37,607 nucleotides of DNA, taken from assembly GCA_011046145.1 (NCBI GenBank), contig DSBA01000020.1, forward strand, positions 1 through 37,607, given 5' to 3'. Every line of letters starts with the position of its first letter. Position 1 is the first letter of the stretch. The notes below the pieces were generated by a model that was not told where the DNA came from, did no database searches, and was given only the letters and a program-made list of their open reading frames with translations. Shown in pieces: positions 35,035-37,607 of the stretch. The DNA comes from Candidatus Uhrbacteria bacterium. Its GTDB lineage: Bacteria > Patescibacteriota > Patescibacteriia > CAIXNZ01. A program made the translations under genes and the position numbers.

Positions 35035-35042
35035 AATTTTGC

Positions 35043-35546
35043 TTAACCTTCAGGGTAATCTATTTTAAAGATTGAATGATCGCCCAGTTCATAATTGCGC
35101 AGGGAGCAGTATTTATATTTTGCGATATTATCAGTTAGGCCGTGCTTGATAGGATTGTTATGAATGTAATCCAGTTTTTCCCAGAATTTTTTGTCAGTGT
35201 AGATATTAAAATCGTAAAATCCGGGCTGCCAAATGCGATATTTTAAATTCACCCGGTGGTTATGCGGGGTAGCGCAGAGCATCGGCTCTGCGCTGTCATT
35301 TCGCGCCAAGAGCAGATGCTCTTGGCTACCCAGATGTGTATATAAGTCAATAATTCGCCGCGCACTAGACCCTTTTATACTTTGCAGGATCCTGGAAATT
35401 GTAGAGACAGGGTATACCCTGTCTCTACGGAAAAAAAATTCTTCCAGCAAAATCAAACAGCATTTTTCGTCTTTAAAATAAGGGAATTTTTTAAATGTCC
35501 GAAAGGTCGCAAAATGTATATCGCCAGAAGAATTAAATTTTTTCAT
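35043..35546 (-). CDS. RAYT/IS200-like Y1 transposase homologue, copy A: catalytic-Tyr region present, HUH region replaced by a palindrome (probably inactive alone)
   Basis: It has the N-terminus GDIHFATFRTFKKFPYF, the helix ISRILQSIKGSSARRI, IWQPGFYDFNI and the Tyr motif LDYIHNNPIKHGL. No H-U-H motif is present. Two GC-rich palindromic inserts are read through in frame. Confidence 0.6.
   Translation of the reverse strand: MKKFNSSGDIHFATFRTFKKFPYFKDEKCCLILLEEFFFRRDRVYPVSTISRILQSIKGSSARRIIDLYTHLGSQEHLLLARNDSAEPMLCATPHNHRVNLKYRIWQPGFYDFNIYTDKKFWEKLDYIHNNPIKHGLTDNIAKYKYCSLRNYELGDHSIFKIDYPEG
35267..35331. repeat. REPIN/BIME-like doublet inside copy A: GGGTA-hairpin-linker-hairpin-TACCC
   Basis: The element reads GGGTA GCGCAGAGC ATCG GCTCTGCGC TGTCATTTCGC GCCAAGAGC AGAT GCTCTTGGC TACCC. 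Each strand presents a 5' GTAG followed by a 9-bp hairpin. Confidence 0.7.
35401..35428. repeat. Perfect 28-bp palindrome at the position where the HUH segment should be
   Basis: GTAGAGACAGGGTA|TACCCTGTCTCTAC has GTAG...CTAC termini and the same GGGTA/TACCC core as the doublets. Confidence 0.8.
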
Positions 35547-35568
35547 GTTTTTTATTTTTATTTCAATT

Positions 35569-35615
35569 GCCCTCTCGGGCAGGCAGGGCTTTTATGCCTT
35601 GCCGCGTCCTTTCTC
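35569..35615. repeat. 47-nt repeat R1 (imperfect hairpin with CTTTTATG loop)
   Basis: It matches R2 (35771-35817) at 41 of 47 positions by my manual alignment. The hairpin is GGCAGGG-CTTTTATG-CCTTGCC with a bulge. Confidence 0.7.
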
Positions 35616-35770
35616 CCGCCGAAGCATAAAAGTTTCGTCTATCCCAATGGGAAAAAATATATTTTAAACCCAATGTGGTTCATGGGGGGGTGATAATTGT
35701 CCCCTCAAACCCTGTTTCCACCTCCTTAGACAAGGAGCAGATCTTTTATGCTTTGCCACGAAAATTCTTC

Positions 35771-35817
35771 GCCCGCTCGGGTAGGCAAGGCTTTTATGAC
35801 CTGCCGCGTCCCTTCTC
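35771..35817. repeat. 47-nt repeat R2 (GGGTAG + imperfect hairpin with CTTTTATG loop)
   Basis: It reads GCCCGCTCGGGTAGGCAAGGCTTTTATGACCTGCCGCGTCCCTTCTC and lies within the 3' end of copy B. Confidence 0.7.
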
Positions 35818-35874
35818 TTTCTCTTGAACTCACGCCTTTTATTTTTTTAACTATATGCGAAATATCCTCCCTTT

Positions 35875-35934
35875 GGGTAGCGACGAATTCATTCGTCGCT
35901 GGATTTTGCGCCGCGAATGAATTCGCGGCTACCC
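35875..35934. repeat. REPIN/BIME-like doublet inside copy B
   Basis: It reads GGGTA GCGACGAAT TC ATTCGTCGC TGGATTTTGC GCCGCGAAT GA ATTCGCGGC TACCC. The architecture, termini and linker match 35267-35331, but the stem sequences differ. Confidence 0.7.
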
Positions 35935-36139
35935 GCGGTTGGATTAACAGATGGAGATGATCAACGATTATGCAAAAACCTAAAATTTTAAATTTTAATT
36001 CATTTCTTAATTTATCTAAGATACTTAAAAATAGTTCATAACAACTTTCATTCTTAAAAAATGGGAATTTTTTAAATGTCCGAAAGGTCACAAAATGTAT
36101 ATCGCCAGGAGAATTAAATTTCTGCATTATAATCTTTTA

Positions 36140-37471
36140 TCAAAAAATTTTTTTGATCGCCTCATTAATATTTTTAACCATAATTAAATCTTTTGAGGTG
36201 TTTTTTAAAACCGGCGTGATTATTTTTCTGAAATTTAATTTTCTGGCTTCTTCAAGCCGTTTTTCAATCCGGTAAACCGGCCGGACTTCGCCGCCTAAGC
36301 CGACTTCGCCTAAAATTAAAGTTTCAGGCGCAATAATTTTATTTTTTAACGAAGAAATAATAGCCAGGCAAACAGCTAAATCAGCGCCTGTTTCATTAAT
36401 TTTCAGGCCGCCAGTGATATTAAGATGGACATCCTGATTAAGCAAGGGCATTTGGGCCCTTTTAATTAAAACCGCAATCAGCATTTGCAAGCGGTTTTGA
36501 TCAAAGCCGGCGGTTTTTCTTTGCGGGTAGCCAAATAAAGTTTTACTGGCCAGGGCCTGGGTTTCAATTAAAAAAGGCCTTGTGCCTTCTATAATGCAGG
36601 TAATGGCTGAACCGGAAATTGGTTCTTGGTTTTGGGGCAGAAAAAGTTCAGAAGGGTTTTTGATTTCTTGAAGCCCTTGGTTAGTCATGTCAAAAATGCC
36701 CAGTTCATTGGTTGAGCCAAAGCGGTTTTTGGCGCAACGCAACAACCGGAAATTATCTTTGGCAGAGCTTTCCAAATACAAAACAGCGTCAACCAGATGT
36801 TCCAGTGATTTTGGGCCCGCGACCTGGCCGTCTTTGGTGACATGGCCGATAATAATGATCGGGATATTGAATTTTTTGGCTATTTCCAAAAGCTTGACAG
36901 TGCAGATGCGGACCTGATTGATTGAGCCGGCTTCTGAAGGCAGTTCTGCTGAATAAAGCGTCTGAATAGAATCAATGATTAATAAACCAGGTTTTTCTGC
37001 CAAGGCAAAAGCCGTGATTTTTTCAATATTATTTTCTCCCAGGAATTTCAAATTGCCAAAATTAATTTTTAAGCGGTCAAGGCGCATTTTTATCTGGCTG
37101 GCTGATTCTTCGCCGGAAATGTAAAGGATAGGGGAATTAATCTGATTGCAGATTTGCAAAATCAAAGTTGATTTGCCAATGCCTGGCTCGCCGCCCAGTA
37201 AAATTAAGCTGCCAATGACAATGCCTCCGCCCAAAACGCGGTCAAATTCGCTGATATTGGTTTTTAGGCGTTCAAAAGCTGGTAGATTTGTTTTTTGAAA
37301 ATCAACTAGTTGGTCCTTGTCAACCTTAATTTTGGTTATTGGTGATTGGCCATTGGTTATTTGTTCAGAGATGGTTCCCCAGGAGCCGCATTCAGTACAG
37401 CGGCCGATCCATTTGGGAAATTGGGTCCCGCATTTTGAGCAGGTGAAAATTGTTTTTGGTTGTTTAGACAT
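36140..37471 (-). CDS. radA: DNA repair protein RadA/Sms
   Basis: It has an N-terminal zinc finger (CSKCGTQFPKWIGRCTECGSWGT), Walker A GGEPGIGKST, the KNRFG motif and a Lon-like C-terminal domain. Confidence 0.9.
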   Translation of the reverse strand: MSKQPKTIFTCSKCGTQFPKWIGRCTECGSWGTISEQITNGQSPITKIKVDKDQLVDFQKTNLPAFERLKTNISEFDRVLGGGIVIGSLILLGGEPGIGKSTLILQICNQINSPILYISGEESASQIKMRLDRLKINFGNLKFLGENNIEKITAFALAEKPGLLIIDSIQTLYSAELPSEAGSINQVRICTVKLLEIAKKFNIPIIIIGHVTKDGQVAGPKSLEHLVDAVLYLESSAKDNFRLLRCAKNRFGSTNELGIFDMTNQGLQEIKNPSELFLPQNQEPISGSAITCIIEGTRPFLIETQALASKTLFGYPQRKTAGFDQNRLQMLIAVLIKRAQMPLLNQDVHLNITGGLKINETGADLAVCLAIISSLKNKIIAPETLILGEVGLGGEVRPVYRIEKRLEEARKLNFRKIITPVLKNTSKDLIMVKNINEAIKKIF

Positions 37472-37513
37472 ATTAATTTATATTAAATTATCAGGATTAT
37501 TTCTGTCATTTTC

Positions 37514-37560
37514 CCAACCTTCGTTGGCCAAAGCCAACTTCGGCCTTCGCCGACCGAAGT
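37514..37560. repeat. Cluster of GC-rich CTTCG-type hairpins upstream of radA
   Basis: The hairpins are CCAAC-CTTC-GTTGG (37514-37527), the alternative TTGGC-CAAA-GCCAA (37524-37537) and ACTTCGG-N10-CCGAAGT (37537-37560). Confidence 0.5.
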
Positions 37561-37607
37561 CATCAACTTTTTTAAAACAAATAATTTATATGCTATGGCC
37601 GACATAG

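Larger units (their letters stand above)
35726..36127 (-). pseudogene. RAYT/IS200-like Y1 transposase homologue, copy B: HUH motif present, C-terminal Tyr domain missing (truncated by repeat R2)
   Basis: The first ~25 codons are nearly identical at nucleotide level to copy A (36062-36127 versus 35481-35546). It has HUH in IIVDHLHLLIQP and a 60-nt doublet insert, then ISHIVKKIKGVSS. The ORF then runs into repeat R2 and stops. Confidence 0.55.

Noticed and set aside
35260-35940. CRISPR array, or tRNA-like genes, formed by the GC-rich palindromes
   Set aside because: The repeats are not regularly spaced, differ in sequence and lie inside ORFs. The 7-bp GGGTAGC/GCTACCC closure mimics an acceptor stem, but there are no D or T arm features or anticodon loop.
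1-37607. Alternative genetic code (UGA reassigned, as in some CPR lineages)
   Set aside because: nrdG ends with TGA (4332-4334) at the expected length, an intact RF2 is encoded, and long ORFs need no UGA read-through.

Overview
AT-rich, gene-dense bacterial chromosomal window. It uses the standard genetic code: UGA ends nrdG and an intact RF2 is present. The gene style suggests a Patescibacteria/CPR-like organism, but this is inference only. That style includes compact housekeeping genes, only a class III RNR, TSP3-repeat and giant secreted proteins, ComFC and RAYT-like genes. Left to right the window holds: (1) the tail of an IS1595-like transposase; (2) an NrdR-box-controlled nrdR-nrdD unit in which the glycyl-radical C-terminus of NrdD is a separate 46-codon ORF; (3) a 400-nt structured spacer; (4) nrdG, a small membrane ORF, an MGMT-type alkyltransferase, a zinc-ribbon/acidic protein, HtrA and prfB without a frameshift; (5) a GT2-GH13-ROK kinase-DUF2304 sugar module; (6) rsmA. 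The centrepiece is a ~17.8 kb co-directional block (12409-30256). It runs TSP3-repeat membrane protein, a 2649-aa Cys-rich protein with CBM-like domains, a VirB6/TrbL-like polytopic protein with a ~600-aa tail, a K/E-rich unknown, a PrgI/VirB3-like protein, a VirB4-N-domain-like ORF, a VirB4 ATPase, a bitopic VirB8-sized protein and ComFC. No relaxase, coupling protein or integrase is visible, which suggests a non-conjugative T4SS-like surface, contact or DNA-uptake machine. The right side carries tRNA-Ser(UGA), tRNA-Ser(GCU), tRNA-Arg(GCG), recG, a DksA/TraR zinc-finger protein, a 3-methyladenine glycosylase and radA. It also has two reciprocally defective RAYT/IS200-like Y1 transposase copies invaded by GTAG-hairpin (REP/REPIN-like) elements. 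No CRISPR array or rRNA was seen.
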